Source: an uncultured SAR86 cluster bacterium
Lineage (GTDB): Bacteria > Pseudomonadota > Gammaproteobacteria > Magnimaribacterales > AG-339-G14
NCBI GenBank assembly: GCA_902629465.1
Contig: CACOQX010000004.1
Coordinates: forward strand, 1 to 54,559
DNA length: 54,559 nucleotides
Direction: 5' to 3'
The position numbers and the translations under genes are program-made. Within the stretch, counting starts at the first letter, position 1. Every line of letters begins with the position of its first letter. This document shows positions 18,561-29,534 of the stretch, in pieces. The notes beneath the pieces are model-generated. The model did not search any database, was not told the DNA's origin, and saw only the letters and a list, made by a program, of their open reading frames with translations.

Positions 18561-19097
18561 TTAATTGCTAGCTTGTTTTTGTATCAAATCTTTTGTTATG
18601 TCGAAAAGAGTATAGCCCAAAGCTAGAGAAGAAATATCTTTTGGCAGGTCTGGATCTATCACAAACTTTAACGGAATCGTTATGCTTTCCCCTGGTTCTA
18701 GGAATTGTTGCTCAAAGCAGAAACACTCCGTCTTGTGGAAATACTGAGCTCCTTTTCCAGGAGACACGCTAGGAATTGCTTGAGCTATCATTGGCTTATT
18801 CGTAGTATTTGTAAAAACATAATTCAAAAGGTTCTGTTCCCCAGTCTTAACTCTCATCTGAGATTTTGAAGAATCAAAAAACCAAGGCATATCATCATTG
18901 TTGGTTGTGGTAAAAATTATTTTAATTTCTCTGTTGCCGACATTTTCGTATTCTGAGAATGTTGGGCCTGTAACTTTCCCGTTTAGACCGGTTATTTCGC
19001 AAAAGACATCGTATAAAGGCACCAAAGCAAAACCAAATAAAAACATTCCTATTGTTGCAAGAAACAGTTTGGAAACACTTTTTCTTATATTAGACAT
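18561..19097 (-). CDS. ctaG: Cytochrome c oxidase assembly protein CtaG/Cox11
   Basis: VPLYDVFC.ITG.NG, KTECFCFEQQ. Confidence 0.95.
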   Translation of the reverse strand: MSNIRKSVSKLFLATIGMFLFGFALVPLYDVFCEITGLNGKVTGPTFSEYENVGNREIKIIFTTTNNDDMPWFFDSSKSQMRVKTGEQNLLNYVFTNTTNKPMIAQAIPSVSPGKGAQYFHKTECFCFEQQFLEPGESITIPLKFVIDPDLPKDISSLALGYTLFDITKDLIQKQASN

Positions 19098-19099
19098 TT

Positions 19100-20704
19100 C
19101 TAAGCTTTGGCTTCTCCTGACTCCAAATTAGGAGGTGTTTCAAAGGTGTGATAAGCAGGCGGAGAATCTAGAGTCCACTCTAGACCTTTAGCTCCTTCCC
19201 AAACTTGTCCGGTAGCTTTCTTACCATAGAAAATTGCTTTGAGTACTACGTATAAAAAGAGTAATTGCGATAAGCCGAATAGGAACGCCCCAACACTTAC
19301 GATCATGTTGTAATCCGCAAATTGCATAGCGTAGTCTGGAATTCTTCTTGGCATTCCAGCTAAGCCGACAAAATGCATCGGGAAGAAAGTTAAATTCACT
19401 GAAACAAAGGAAAGCCAAAAGTGCGTTTTACCCATGAATTCGTCATACATGTAACCCGTCCACTTCGGAAGCCAATAATAAACTCCAGCAATGATAGAAA
19501 ACAGAGCTCCTGGAACTAAAACATAGTGAAAGTGAGCGACTACAAAGTAAGTATCGTGATATTGGAAATCAGCAGGAGCAATCGCAAGCATGATTCCTGA
19601 AAGCCCTCCTATAGTGAAAAGCGCTACAAAGGCAATGGCAAACAGCATAGGTGTTTCAAAAGTTAGTGAGCCTTTGAACATTGTTGATAGCCAATTGAAT
19701 ACTTTAACTCCTGTTGGAATTGCAATTAACATTGTCGAATACATGAAAAACAACTCGCCCGCAATTGGCATCCCAACTGTGAACATGTGGTGAGCCCAAA
19801 CTACAAATGATAACAACGCGATTGATGCGATTGCATAAACCATAGATTCATATCCAAAAATGGGCTTTCTTGAAAAGGTCTCAATAATATGAGACACAAT
19901 TCCGAAGGCAGGCAAAATCATTATATAAACTTCAGGATGTCCAAAAAACCAGAAAACATGTTGGAACAAAACAGGATCTCCGCCTCCTCCGGCTTTGAAG
20001 AAACTCGTTCCAAAATGAATATCCATAAGCATCATGGTTACGGCACCAGCAAGAACTGGCATTACCGCGATCAGTAGGTAAGCAGTAATCAGCCAAGTCC
20101 AGACAAAGAGAGGCATTTTCATTAAAGTCATGCCAGGAGCTCTCATATTTAGAATGGTAGTAATAACGTTGATTGAACCCATAATGGAAGAGGCACCCAT
20201 AATGTGCACTGCAAAAATAAAGTAGGTTACTGTAGGTGGCGCATACTCTGTTGAGAGTGGTGCATAAAAAGTCCATCCAAAGTTCGGAGCGCCGCCTTCC
20301 ATGAAGAAAGTTGCTATCAGAACACCAAAAGCTGCAGGCAATATCCAAAAACTTAAGTTGTTTAACCTTGGCAGAGCCATATCTGGAGCGCCAATTTGCA
20401 TTGGTACCAACCAATTTGCGAAGCCTACGAAAGCTGGCATGATGACACCGAATACCATAATCAATCCATGATTGGTAACCATTTGATTGTAGAACTCAGG
20501 AGAAACAATTTGACTACCTGGTTCAAAGAGCTCAGCTCTGATGACCATAGCCATTGCTCCACCAATAAATAGCATGATGAAACTGAACCATAGGTACAAA
20601 GAACCTATATCTTTATGGTTGGTAGTAAATAACCAGCGGCTTATTCCTTTAGCTGGACCATGGTGATGATGATCGTCGTGATGTCCTTCTATTACTGCGC
20701 TCAT
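19100..20704 (-). CDS. coxA: Cytochrome c oxidase subunit I (A1-type)
   Basis: TNHKDIG, WFFGHPEVY, WAHHM, HFHYV. Confidence 0.98.
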   Translation of the reverse strand: MSAVIEGHHDDHHHHGPAKGISRWLFTTNHKDIGSLYLWFSFIMLFIGGAMAMVIRAELFEPGSQIVSPEFYNQMVTNHGLIMVFGVIMPAFVGFANWLVPMQIGAPDMALPRLNNLSFWILPAAFGVLIATFFMEGGAPNFGWTFYAPLSTEYAPPTVTYFIFAVHIMGASSIMGSINVITTILNMRAPGMTLMKMPLFVWTWLITAYLLIAVMPVLAGAVTMMLMDIHFGTSFFKAGGGGDPVLFQHVFWFFGHPEVYIMILPAFGIVSHIIETFSRKPIFGYESMVYAIASIALLSFVVWAHHMFTVGMPIAGELFFMYSTMLIAIPTGVKVFNWLSTMFKGSLTFETPMLFAIAFVALFTIGGLSGIMLAIAPADFQYHDTYFVVAHFHYVLVPGALFSIIAGVYYWLPKWTGYMYDEFMGKTHFWLSFVSVNLTFFPMHFVGLAGMPRRIPDYAMQFADYNMIVSVGAFLFGLSQLLFLYVVLKAIFYGKKATGQVWEGAKGLEWTLDSPPAYHTFETPPNLESGEAKA

Positions 20705-20722
20705 GTTTAACAGCTCCTTCTT

Positions 20723-21856
20723 TTATAGTTTGTTATTTTTATAATCTAAAATTTCTTTAGGCACGACAATTTCGCCATCGCCTCCAGCATCGTTGCCCCA
20801 TGCCTTTCGGGTATAGGTAATAACTGCTGCGATCTCTACTTCGGTAAGTTGTTCCGCGTAAGATTGCATTGCTGCACCTTGAACTCCTTCCATTAAGATT
20901 TCTACTTGTCTGCCTTTGTCGTTCATGACAATCTCACTTCCAGCCAAAGCTGGGAATACCGGTGGAATTCCTGCACCATTAACTTGATGACAGGCAACAC
21001 AATTTTTCAAGTAAACCTCTTCGCCGATTGCAAAAAGCTCATCTGTTTCCCAGAGCTTCTCGGTAAGCAAGGCTTGTTGAGCTTTCAAATCTCTTTTGCC
21101 TTGAATGAAATCTTTATAATCTGAATCTGAAACTGCCTTTACAACAATTGGCATGTAACCATGATAGACGCCGCATAATTCGGTACATTGTCCGCGATAG
21201 ACTCCCGGCTCATCAACGAATGTCCAAGCTGTGTTTATAAATCCAGGAATGGCATCTTGCTTCACAGCAAAGTCTGGTACCCACCAAGAATGAATTACGT
21301 CATTTGCAGTAATTAAAAATCTTACTCTTTTGTTCACAGGGATTACGAGAGGCTCATCAACCTCTAACAGATAAGTTTCTGTTTTAGGAGCAATGTTGTT
21401 TCTGGCGTCTAAAGATGTTGTTAAGTTACTGAAAAAACTTACTTCGTCTTCCATGTATTCGTACTGCCATTTCCACTGATGTCCTGTAATCAGAATGTTA
21501 ATGTCCCCTTCTTCATCATCGTATGCTTTTATCATGGTTGAAGTCGCAGGAATTGCCATACCCACTAGAATCAAAGCAAACAATATTGTCCAAGTTAGTT
21601 CTAGTTTTGGATTGTCATCAAAATCAGCAGGTTCCACGCCCTCTTTCTTGCGGTACTTAATGATCAGAAAAACCATGAAGCCCAGAACCAATGTACCGAT
21701 GACGACACAAATCCAAAAAATGGTCATGTGCAAGCCAAAGATTTCTTGGGCAATGGCGTTAACACCAGGGGTCATATTGATGTCGTCCCAGGCCGAAAAA
21801 GACAGAGGCGCTAAGAACAATGCCGTGAGGCACAGAATAAGTTTTTTCAAATACAT
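20723..21856 (-). CDS. coxB: Cytochrome c oxidase subunit II with fused C-terminal cytochrome c; start revised to MYLKK
   Basis: DVIHSW, CTELCGVYHGYM (CuA), CVACH heme motif. The track start at 22030 overlaps aroE. Confidence 0.95.
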   Translation of the reverse strand: MYLKKLILCLTALFLAPLSFSAWDDINMTPGVNAIAQEIFGLHMTIFWICVVIGTLVLGFMVFLIIKYRKKEGVEPADFDDNPKLELTWTILFALILVGMAIPATSTMIKAYDDEEGDINILITGHQWKWQYEYMEDEVSFFSNLTTSLDARNNIAPKTETYLLEVDEPLVIPVNKRVRFLITANDVIHSWWVPDFAVKQDAIPGFINTAWTFVDEPGVYRGQCTELCGVYHGYMPIVVKAVSDSDYKDFIQGKRDLKAQQALLTEKLWETDELFAIGEEVYLKNCVACHQVNGAGIPPVFPALAGSEIVMNDKGRQVEILMEGVQGAAMQSYAEQLTEVEIAAVITYTRKAWGNDAGGDGEIVVPKEILDYKNNKL

Positions 21857-21908
21857 CTCAAAAAGTTTTTTGTGGGCGTTACGTGCAAGAATTATATATG
21901 AATAACCC

Positions 21909-22757
21909 TTAATCAATAGGCTTTTCCAGCAATCTAGAAGTATCTGGAATAAGATTAGTCCATAATTTAAAAGACTCTGCGCCCTGCTCAACCAACATGC
22001 CCCAGCCATCCGATATTTTTTCAGCTCCACCTGCTAAGGCCTCCTGCATAAAAGCTGTCTTTTCTGCAGCATAAAAGAGATCGTAAGCAAGCTTTGTCCC
22101 AGTAAATAAGGCTTTTGGCAGCCCTATGGATTCTCCAGTTTGCGTTGAAATTGAAGTTGAGTTGATAACAATATCGTAGGAATCATCCAACAAAAAGTCA
22201 TCCGAAAGGTCTCCGGCTTCAAATATTGTATTTTTTTCTTTTAGATCAACTTTTCCTTCTAAGTCTTTTTTTAGTAAAAGAACTTTGCTTTTAGTTCTGT
22301 TAGCTACTTTCAGCTTCGCAGGTTTTTTTTCGATAATGGAGGGAATAATTCCACGCGCAGCCCCTCCGGCTCCCAAAATCAATATTTTCTTATCCTTCAA
22401 AGTGACCTTTAAGTTATTTTCTAAGTCTGTTATCAAACCGTGACCATCTGTATTATCCCCGAATAATTTTTTATCTTTCGCATAAACGACATTGCATGCT
22501 GAGGCAAGTCTGGCTCGATCAGAAATTTCATCTGCATAATTTAAGGCTGCTTCTTTGAGTGGAAGTGTTATGGAAACTCCTTTACCGCCATTTTTAAAAA
22601 AGTCAGTAAGCCATGTTTCTAAGGTATCTGGTGTAACTTCATCTTTTCCGAATTCAATTTTTGCATTAAATTGATTGGCAAAGTTTTGATGAATATCAGG
22701 AGACTTTGAGTGAGTTATTGGCTTGCCAATTACAGCGAGTTTTAATTTCTTATCCAT
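21909..22757 (-). CDS. aroE: Shikimate dehydrogenase
   Basis: HSKSP, TLPLK, DNTDG, GAGGAA, NRT, GMLVEQ. Confidence 0.95.
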   Translation of the reverse strand: MDKKLKLAVIGKPITHSKSPDIHQNFANQFNAKIEFGKDEVTPDTLETWLTDFFKNGGKGVSITLPLKEAALNYADEISDRARLASACNVVYAKDKKLFGDNTDGHGLITDLENNLKVTLKDKKILILGAGGAARGIIPSIIEKKPAKLKVANRTKSKVLLLKKDLEGKVDLKEKNTIFEAGDLSDDFLLDDSYDIVINSTSISTQTGESIGLPKALFTGTKLAYDLFYAAEKTAFMQEALAGGAEKISDGWGMLVEQGAESFKLWTNLIPDTSRLLEKPID

Positions 22758-23245
22758 TCATCAGTTATTAAATTTTGTATTGGAGTAGGTTTGTCTGCTC
22801 CGCCAAGCTCTCCATCCAATATAGATACCTCATCACCAAATAAGTTCCTAACTTCTTTAGCATTTTTTGCTGGAGGTTCTGACGAAATGTTCGCTGAAGT
22901 AGATGTGATAACACTATTTAACTTTTCAGAGAGCTCAATAATTGAAGGATGAACGCTTTGCCTCAAAGCGACAAAATCGCTGTTGCCTTTTATCCAAGGA
23001 GGAACGTTATCGTTTGCAGGAACTAACCAAGTATGAGCTCCAGGCCATTTACTTTTTGTTTTGTTTATCAGATCTTCAGACAAGTGAGATAGGTAGGCAT
23101 CAAAATGGGAAAAATGTCCTGAAACTAAAATTAATCCTTTGTCCAAGGTTCTTTGTTTAAGGAAACAAATTTTTTTTACATCTTCTTCTGAATCAGGTAG
23201 ACAGCCCAGACCCCAAACTCCCTCAGTTGGGTATGCGTAAATCAT
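22742..23245 (-). CDS. tsaC: Threonylcarbamoyl-AMP synthase
   Basis: AYPTEGVWGLGC, K.R...KGLIL, STSAN. Confidence 0.92.
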   Translation of the reverse strand: MIYAYPTEGVWGLGCLPDSEEDVKKICFLKQRTLDKGLILVSGHFSHFDAYLSHLSEDLINKTKSKWPGAHTWLVPANDNVPPWIKGNSDFVALRQSVHPSIIELSEKLNSVITSTSANISSEPPAKNAKEVRNLFGDEVSILDGELGGADKPTPIQNLITDEWIRN

Positions 23246-23258
23246 TTTCCTTGATAAT

Positions 23259-23744
23259 TTAGCTTTGAAGCTCCTCGTTTTCTTTTTTTAAGGCCTCTTT
23301 TTGCTCTTCTCTGAGGTTTTTTACCTTTTTAGCGAGTTCATCATTGCCTGTGGATAACATTTGAGCAGCTAAGTATCCAGCATTAATAGCTCCTGCCTTA
23401 CCTATAGCAACTGTTGCTACAGGTACACCTTTTGGCATCTGTACAGTTGAAAGAAGAGCATCAAAACCATTCAAAGGTCCACCGTCTCCAGGCACACCGA
23501 TGACTGGCAGAGTAGTTTTGGAAGCAACATTTCCAGCCAAGTGAGCAGCCAAACCTGCAATGCCGATAAAAACTCTCACTCCATCTGCTACAGCCTCATC
23601 TATATGAGCATGCAATAGCTCTGGTGTTCGGTGCGCACTTAAAATATTTATTGTGTATGGAACGTCGAGTGTATCGAGAATTTCTCCCGCAGCTTTTGCT
23701 AAATCTAAATCTGATTTTGAACCCATGACAATTGAAACTTTCAT
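23259..23744 (-). CDS. purE: N5-CAIR mutase
   Basis: MGSKSD, SAHRTP, AGLAAHL, LPVIGVP, QMPKGVPVATV. Confidence 0.96.
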   Translation of the reverse strand: MKVSIVMGSKSDLDLAKAAGEILDTLDVPYTINILSAHRTPELLHAHIDEAVADGVRVFIGIAGLAAHLAGNVASKTTLPVIGVPGDGGPLNGFDALLSTVQMPKGVPVATVAIGKAGAINAGYLAAQMLSTGNDELAKKVKNLREEQKEALKKENEELQS

Positions 23745-23805
23745 TTTTGATCTCCTTAACTAATATGTTATTTTACAGATGATAAAAATAAATTGAATAA
23801 CAAAC

Positions 23806-24303
23806 GTGGCAATTAGAAAAATTTTAAGATTTCCTGATCAAGATTTGCGTATTAAAGCAAAGCCTGTTGTAACTTTTGATGACGAGTTGAAAACTTTAAC
23901 GGACGATATGTTCGAAACCATGCACTCCGTGAATGGAATTGGATTGGCAGCTACTCAAATTGGCGTTGCTAAACAAGTAGCTGTTATCGACATCAGTCCG
24001 GAAAAAAATGAACCTTTCGTAATCATCAATCCTTCAATTCAAATTTTGGACCCTTCCAAAAAAGAAGATTACGATGAAGGCTGTTTAAGTGTCCCTGGTT
24101 TTTTTGAGACTATTTCTAGGCCATCAGATATTAGACTCTCATATCAAGATCTAAATGGACAAAAAAAAGAAATTAAACCCGAAGGACTATTGACCAAAGT
24201 TATCCAGCATGAACTTGATCACCTCAACGGCAGATTATTCGTAGATCATATTTCTGAACTGAAAAGAAGAAGAATCCGAAATAAAATTGTTAAACAGAAA
24301 TAA
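23806..24303 (+). CDS. def: Peptide deformylase
   Basis: GIGLAATQ, EGCLS, QHELDH. Confidence 0.97.
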   Translation: MAIRKILRFPDQDLRIKAKPVVTFDDELKTLTDDMFETMHSVNGIGLAATQIGVAKQVAVIDISPEKNEPFVIINPSIQILDPSKKEDYDEGCLSVPGFFETISRPSDIRLSYQDLNGQKKEIKPEGLLTKVIQHELDHLNGRLFVDHISELKRRRIRNKIVKQK

Positions 24304-25235
24304 TGAATATTTTATTTGCTGCTACGCCGAGGATTGCTCTTAAAACTCTTGAAACCATCTATGAGTCAAAACACGATTTGGTTGGAGTGATTTGTGCAGA
24401 AGAAAAGCGTTCGGGCAGAGGTTTAAAATTTGTTAAAAGCCCAATCAAAGTTTTTGCGGAAGAGAAAAAAATTAAAATTTTTTCATACGATGAAATCAAA
24501 GATAGAAAGTTCAGACCTACCTTGGAAAAACTCAATATTGATCTTCTTCTTGTCTTTGCTTTTGGGCACATAATTAGTGAAGATTTTTTGAATGTGGCAA
24601 AACATGGAAGCTTTAACATTCACACATCTTTATTACCTAAGTACAGAGGTGCAGCTCCAATTCAAAGAAGCATAATTAATTGCGACCGAGAAACAGGAAT
24701 TACATTCATGAAAATGGATGCCGGTCTAGATACGGGTCCAATTGTAAACAGCATAAAATTTCCTATTGAGGAAGGGGCGAATACCGAAGATATAGAAGTA
24801 ATCATGAGCGATATTTCATCTAGAAATATATTACAAATTATTGATTCTATTGAGGAAAATACTTTTTCTCTCACAGAACAAAATGAAAATGAATCTTCCT
24901 ATGCTCCTAAAGTTACCAAAGATGAAGCCAGAATAGATTGGACAAAATCAGCACAAGAAATAGTTGGCAAAATTAACGGTCTTTGTCCTAATCCTTGTGC
25001 ATTTTCAGAATATAAAAATGAAAGAATTATTATTCACCGTGCAAAAATAAATGCCCTGCCCGCTTCGGATCCTGGAAAAGTTATTAAGGCTGATAAAAAC
25101 GAATTTTTAGTCTCTGGAAAAGATCAGTGTGTCGAGATTAAAGAGCTAGCTAGACAGAATAAAAAACGAATGGAATACAGAAGTTTCTACAATGGATCAA
25201 AAGATTTTTTTAACTCCGATGAAAGCTTTAAATAG
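24303..25235 (+). CDS. fmt: Methionyl-tRNA formyltransferase
   Basis: NIHTSLLPKYRGAAPIQ, MDAGLDTG; follows def. Confidence 0.95.
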   Translation: MNILFAATPRIALKTLETIYESKHDLVGVICAEEKRSGRGLKFVKSPIKVFAEEKKIKIFSYDEIKDRKFRPTLEKLNIDLLLVFAFGHIISEDFLNVAKHGSFNIHTSLLPKYRGAAPIQRSIINCDRETGITFMKMDAGLDTGPIVNSIKFPIEEGANTEDIEVIMSDISSRNILQIIDSIEENTFSLTEQNENESSYAPKVTKDEARIDWTKSAQEIVGKINGLCPNPCAFSEYKNERIIIHRAKINALPASDPGKVIKADKNEFLVSGKDQCVEIKELARQNKKRMEYRSFYNGSKDFFNSDESFK

Positions 25236-25293
25236 TGATAATCAAGTTCACAATATTATTTTTCTGAGAGTATAATTTTTGTTGGAGTAATAA

Positions 25294-26658
25294 TTGAACA
25301 TCTTAATATTAGGTGCAGGCCAAGTTGGATCGGAATTAACCGAAATTCTATCTGAAGATGGTCACAGCATAACCCTCGTCGATCTTAACGAAGAAAAACT
25401 CGAAAAAGAATCGGAACAACACGATATAAGAATTGTGTGCGGAAATTGTTGCTATCCACAAACCCTTGAAGACGCCAACATTCAAGATACAGAGCTTGCT
25501 ATTGCAATGACCGAACGAGACGAGGTCAATTTGGTTGCTTGTCAGATGATTAAACATCTTAATAAAAAAACTAAAACTATGGCTCGGATTCGAGCAAGAG
25601 AATATCTTAAAGGCAAGGGTAGTCAGATATTTGAAAATGGAGAATATTCAATAGATGTTTTAATTTCCCCAGAAACTCTCATTACTGAATACATTTCAAA
25701 ACTTGTACAACTCCCTGGAGCACTTCAAGTTTTAGATTTTGGTGATGGAAGAGCTTCAATGGTAAGTGTAAAGGCTGTAGAGGGCGCTCCCATAACAGGC
25801 CATAAAGTATCTGAATTAAGAGAGCATATCCCTAATGCAGATACTAGAGTTGCAGCTATTTACAGAGAAGAGGAGATTATTATTCCGAGCGGAGAAGATT
25901 ATATAAAAGATGGTGATGAAGTATTCTTTATCTCTGCTAAAGGAAATATTAAGAAAGTAATGTCAGAAATAAGACCGAGAGATTCTAAATATAAAAACAT
26001 AATGATTGCAGGCGGTGGAAAGATTGGAAGAAGGCTCGCAAAAATACTTGAAGATAAATTTAGCGTTGTAAAGATTATAGAAAAAAGTAAAAAGAGAGGA
26101 GATTACTTATCTGAAACTTTAGATTCTGCTCTTGTGCTTAATGGTGATGCCACAGAAGAAGACTTGCTGATAGAAGAAGGTATTGAATCGATTGATATGT
26201 TTTGTTCAGTAACTGACAGTGACGAGGCAAATGTAATGTCGTCATTGTTGGCAAAAAAACTTGGAGCGAAAAAGGTACTCTCTTTGATGAATAAACAATC
26301 TTTTCTAGATCTGATACATCAAGGAGAAGTTGACATTACAGTAGTGCCAAATGAAATTACTATTGGTGTTGTTTTGCAAAATATTACAAAAGCAAAAATA
26401 GAAAGGGCTCATACATTTAAAAGAGGTAAATCTGAAGCATTAGAACTAATAGCAAGCCCTGAAATAACTCCAAAGATTATTGGTCAGGGAATAGACGATA
26501 TAAAACTACCAAACGGATGTACAATAAGTGCCGTAATTCGAGGAAAAGAAGTGAAAATAGCTCATCATGACGTTAAAATACATGAAAATGACCACATAAT
26601 TATTTTCTTGTCTGATAAAAAATTATTCTCGGCACTAGAAACAAGTTTAATGAGTTAA
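25294..26658 (+). CDS. trkA: Trk potassium uptake NAD-binding subunit
   Basis: Two RCK domains, GAGQVG and GGGKIG; TTG start with GGAG RBS. Confidence 0.95.
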   Translation: MNILILGAGQVGSELTEILSEDGHSITLVDLNEEKLEKESEQHDIRIVCGNCCYPQTLEDANIQDTELAIAMTERDEVNLVACQMIKHLNKKTKTMARIRAREYLKGKGSQIFENGEYSIDVLISPETLITEYISKLVQLPGALQVLDFGDGRASMVSVKAVEGAPITGHKVSELREHIPNADTRVAAIYREEEIIIPSGEDYIKDGDEVFFISAKGNIKKVMSEIRPRDSKYKNIMIAGGGKIGRRLAKILEDKFSVVKIIEKSKKRGDYLSETLDSALVLNGDATEEDLLIEEGIESIDMFCSVTDSDEANVMSSLLAKKLGAKKVLSLMNKQSFLDLIHQGEVDITVVPNEITIGVVLQNITKAKIERAHTFKRGKSEALELIASPEITPKIIGQGIDDIKLPNGCTISAVIRGKEVKIAHHDVKIHENDHIIIFLSDKKLFSALETSLMS

Positions 26659-26689
26659 GAAGATATTAGATGCTTTTTAAGAAATTTAA

Positions 26690-28141
26690 ATGAAGTTTAG
26701 ATTAATTTCTAGGGTTTTGGGAATAGGTTTGATCGCCTTTTCTTTTTTACAGCTAACGCCAATTATAGTTTCAATTATCTATAACGAAGATAATATTATA
26801 GCTTTTGCCTATTCCTTCCTGATTACCCTTGCATTTGGCTCATTTCTTTATTTGGTTAATTTTGAAAAAAAATATGACGGGGTAAGAGTTAAAGAGGGTT
26901 TTTTGTTAACCGTTCTGCTTTGGATATTCTTTACCATTTTCGCAACTTTACCCTTAATATTAGGAAATAATAGCGATTTATCTATAGTAAGTGCTTACTT
27001 TGAAGCAACTTCAGGCTTAACAACTACAGGTGCAACGATATTTTCTGACCTATCCGGAGAATATTACTCTATTCTGTTTTATAGAGGCTTGCTCCAATGG
27101 ATAGGTGGTCTTGGCATTATTGTATTAGCCATTGCCTTGATGCCTCTATTGGGGGTTGGTGGAATGCAACTATATAGGGGTGAGACGCAAGGACCTATAA
27201 ATCAAAGCAAGTTAAGGCCGAAAATAGCTGAAACCGCTATGGTTTTGGTGTACATATATCTAATTCTTACCTTCCTTTGTTTCATCTCATATTTTATGGC
27301 CGGTATGGGATATTTCGACGCGGTAGTTCACTCTTTTACAACGATTGCAATTGGGGGTTTTTCTAATTACAACGAGAGTTTTGCCTTCTTCAACAACAAC
27401 ACAATTTATATTTTGGCTGTTGTTTTTATGTTCATTTCAGGCATAAGTTTTTCTCTGCATTACCTTTCCTTTTCAAATTTTAAATTATTCAATTATGTAA
27501 AAGATCCTGAATTCGGATTTTATTGGAAAATGCTTTTTCTTGCTTTTGTTGTTTTCTTGATAACTATCTGGTTAAGCAGTGCTGAGATTTCTTCGAGTCT
27601 AATAGTGTCTTCATTATTCACTGTCACTTCATTTGCGACAACTACAGGATTTACCGTTTTGGATCATACTGCATTTCCTACTTACCTCCCTCAACTTCTA
27701 ATTTTTATTGGGATGATTGGTGCTTGTGCAGGATCAACTGCGGGAGGCTTTAAAGCGATAAGAGGCTTGGTACTTTTGAATCATGCGAGAAGAGAGCTTA
27801 AAAAACTTATACACCCTAATCTTGTCTTACCTTTAAAGATTGGCAAAAAGAAAATCAATAGTGAAGTTGCTGATTCCGTATGGGGATTTTTAACAGTTTA
27901 CTTGCTTACTTTTTTGGTTGGATCTTTCGTCTTAATGGGGCAGGGGATAGATACAGAAACTGCTTTTTCTGCGATAGCAGCATGTCTAAATAATTTAGGT
28001 CCAGGACTAGGTGAAGTAGCTTATAATTACGCAGGAATGGATGCGTTTACAAAAGTCCTGTTGGCTTTAGTAATGATACTTGGAAGATTAGAAATCTATA
28101 CTTTACTGGTATTGTTTACAGCATTCTTCTGGAAAGAATAG
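26690..28141 (+). CDS. trkH: Trk potassium uptake membrane subunit
   Basis: Four pore loops: TTTGAT, IAIGGFS, TTTGF, NNLGPG; GRLE. Confidence 0.95.
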   Translation: MKFRLISRVLGIGLIAFSFLQLTPIIVSIIYNEDNIIAFAYSFLITLAFGSFLYLVNFEKKYDGVRVKEGFLLTVLLWIFFTIFATLPLILGNNSDLSIVSAYFEATSGLTTTGATIFSDLSGEYYSILFYRGLLQWIGGLGIIVLAIALMPLLGVGGMQLYRGETQGPINQSKLRPKIAETAMVLVYIYLILTFLCFISYFMAGMGYFDAVVHSFTTIAIGGFSNYNESFAFFNNNTIYILAVVFMFISGISFSLHYLSFSNFKLFNYVKDPEFGFYWKMLFLAFVVFLITIWLSSAEISSSLIVSSLFTVTSFATTTGFTVLDHTAFPTYLPQLLIFIGMIGACAGSTAGGFKAIRGLVLLNHARRELKKLIHPNLVLPLKIGKKKINSEVADSVWGFLTVYLLTFLVGSFVLMGQGIDTETAFSAIAACLNNLGPGLGEVAYNYAGMDAFTKVLLALVMILGRLEIYTLLVLFTAFFWKE

Positions 28142-28170
28142 TAAGTACTTACTTCTAATAAGATACAAGA

Positions 28171-29532
28171 ATGGCTGAAAATAAAATGGATAAAATTGTT
28201 TCTCTTTGTAAGAGAAGGGGTTTTATTTTTCAAACCGCAGAGATATATGGAGGAATGCAGGGCGTTTATGATTATGGGCCGCTAGGCGTTGAGCTTGCCA
28301 ACAACATTAAGCGAGCTTGGTGGGAATCTATGATTTATCAAAGAGATGATATAGAAGGCTTGGATTCTTCAATTTTGGGCAGCCAAAATATCTTTATACA
28401 GTCAGGTCATGAAGACACATTCACTGATCCTCTAGTTGATTGCAAAGATTGTAAATTCAGAATGCGAGCAGATACTTTAGACGAAATGAAGTGTCCAAAT
28501 TGTGGGTCAACAAATTTAACCGAGCCTAGAGACTTTAATCTGATGTTTAAAACTAATATCGGGCCGGTAGACGATGGCTCTTCCATTGCCTATCTTCGCC
28601 CAGAAACAGCTCAGCATATTTTTATTAATTTTAAGAATGTTTTAGACAGCACTTCTAGAACGCTACCTTTTGGAATTGCGCAAATTGGTAAAGCATTTAG
28701 AAATGAAATAACTGCCAGAAATTTTATCTTTAGGAAAAGAGAATTTGAGCAAATGGAAATGGAGTATTTTGTAGAGCCGAAAGATGATGAAAAATTTCAT
28801 GAATATTGGATTAAAGAAAGAATGAAATGGTGGATAGAACAGGGCTTAAATGAGGAAAGTTTAGAAATTTTCAATGTTCCCAAGAAGGAATTATCCCATT
28901 ACTCAAAGGCAACTGCAGATATTATGTATAAATTTCCTCATGGAACAGAGGAGCTAGAAGGGATAGCAAATAGAACAGATTTTGATTTGGGCTCTCATAC
29001 TAAATCACAAGAAGAATTCAACATACAGGCGAAAACAAAGGAAAATAAAACTTCAAAAGCAAAACTTGCTTTCCAAGATAAAATATCAAATAAATGGCTT
29101 GTACCCTATGTAATTGAACCAAGCGCTGGAGTCGAAAGAGCGTTTTTGGCAATTCTAAACGACGCATATAAGGAAGAAAATCTTGAAAATGATACGAAAA
29201 GGGTAGTATTGACTTTGAAAAAGCACCTATCTCCTATAAAAGTCGCTGTTATTCCACTAAAAAAGAACGTAGAGGAAATAGTAAACGCTTCAGTAGAAAT
29301 TAAAAACAGGCTTTTAAAACTAAATATTGGAAGGGTTGCGGTTGAAAATACTGGAAATATAGGAAAGAGTTATCGCAAACATGATGAAATTGGTACCCCA
29401 ATTTGTATAACAGTTGACTATGACACCATAGAAAAAAACAAAGTTACCTTTAGAGATAGAGATACTATGGAGCAAGAAGTAATTGACTTAAGCGACATAG
29501 AGAAAAGCATTCTAAAGTTATTTAAGGGTTAG
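28171..29532 (+). CDS. glyQS: Glycine-tRNA ligase, homodimeric alpha2 type
   Basis: CKRRGF, YDYGPLG, LRPETAQ, FRNEI, FEQME, EPSAG, C-terminal anticodon-binding domain. Confidence 0.95.
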   Translation: MAENKMDKIVSLCKRRGFIFQTAEIYGGMQGVYDYGPLGVELANNIKRAWWESMIYQRDDIEGLDSSILGSQNIFIQSGHEDTFTDPLVDCKDCKFRMRADTLDEMKCPNCGSTNLTEPRDFNLMFKTNIGPVDDGSSIAYLRPETAQHIFINFKNVLDSTSRTLPFGIAQIGKAFRNEITARNFIFRKREFEQMEMEYFVEPKDDEKFHEYWIKERMKWWIEQGLNEESLEIFNVPKKELSHYSKATADIMYKFPHGTEELEGIANRTDFDLGSHTKSQEEFNIQAKTKENKTSKAKLAFQDKISNKWLVPYVIEPSAGVERAFLAILNDAYKEENLENDTKRVVLTLKKHLSPIKVAVIPLKKNVEEIVNASVEIKNRLLKLNIGRVAVENTGNIGKSYRKHDEIGTPICITVDYDTIEKNKVTFRDRDTMEQEVIDLSDIEKSILKLFKG

Positions 29533-29534
29533 GA

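Noticed and set aside
19932-20414. 160-aa alternate-frame ORF in coxA and other nested ORFs (e.g. 31811-32215, 43677-44054, 51092-51511)
   Set aside because: They overlap conserved core genes, have no recognisable motifs, and are expected by chance.
20660-20690. His-rich N-terminus of CoxA (and the CoxB-cytochrome c fusion nearby)
   Set aside because: Both are common in gammaproteobacterial aa3 oxidases.
21857-22030. 58-aa N-terminal extension of CoxB in the ORF track
   Set aside because: Overlaps the aroE 3' end; the signal-peptide-like MYLKK start is more plausible.
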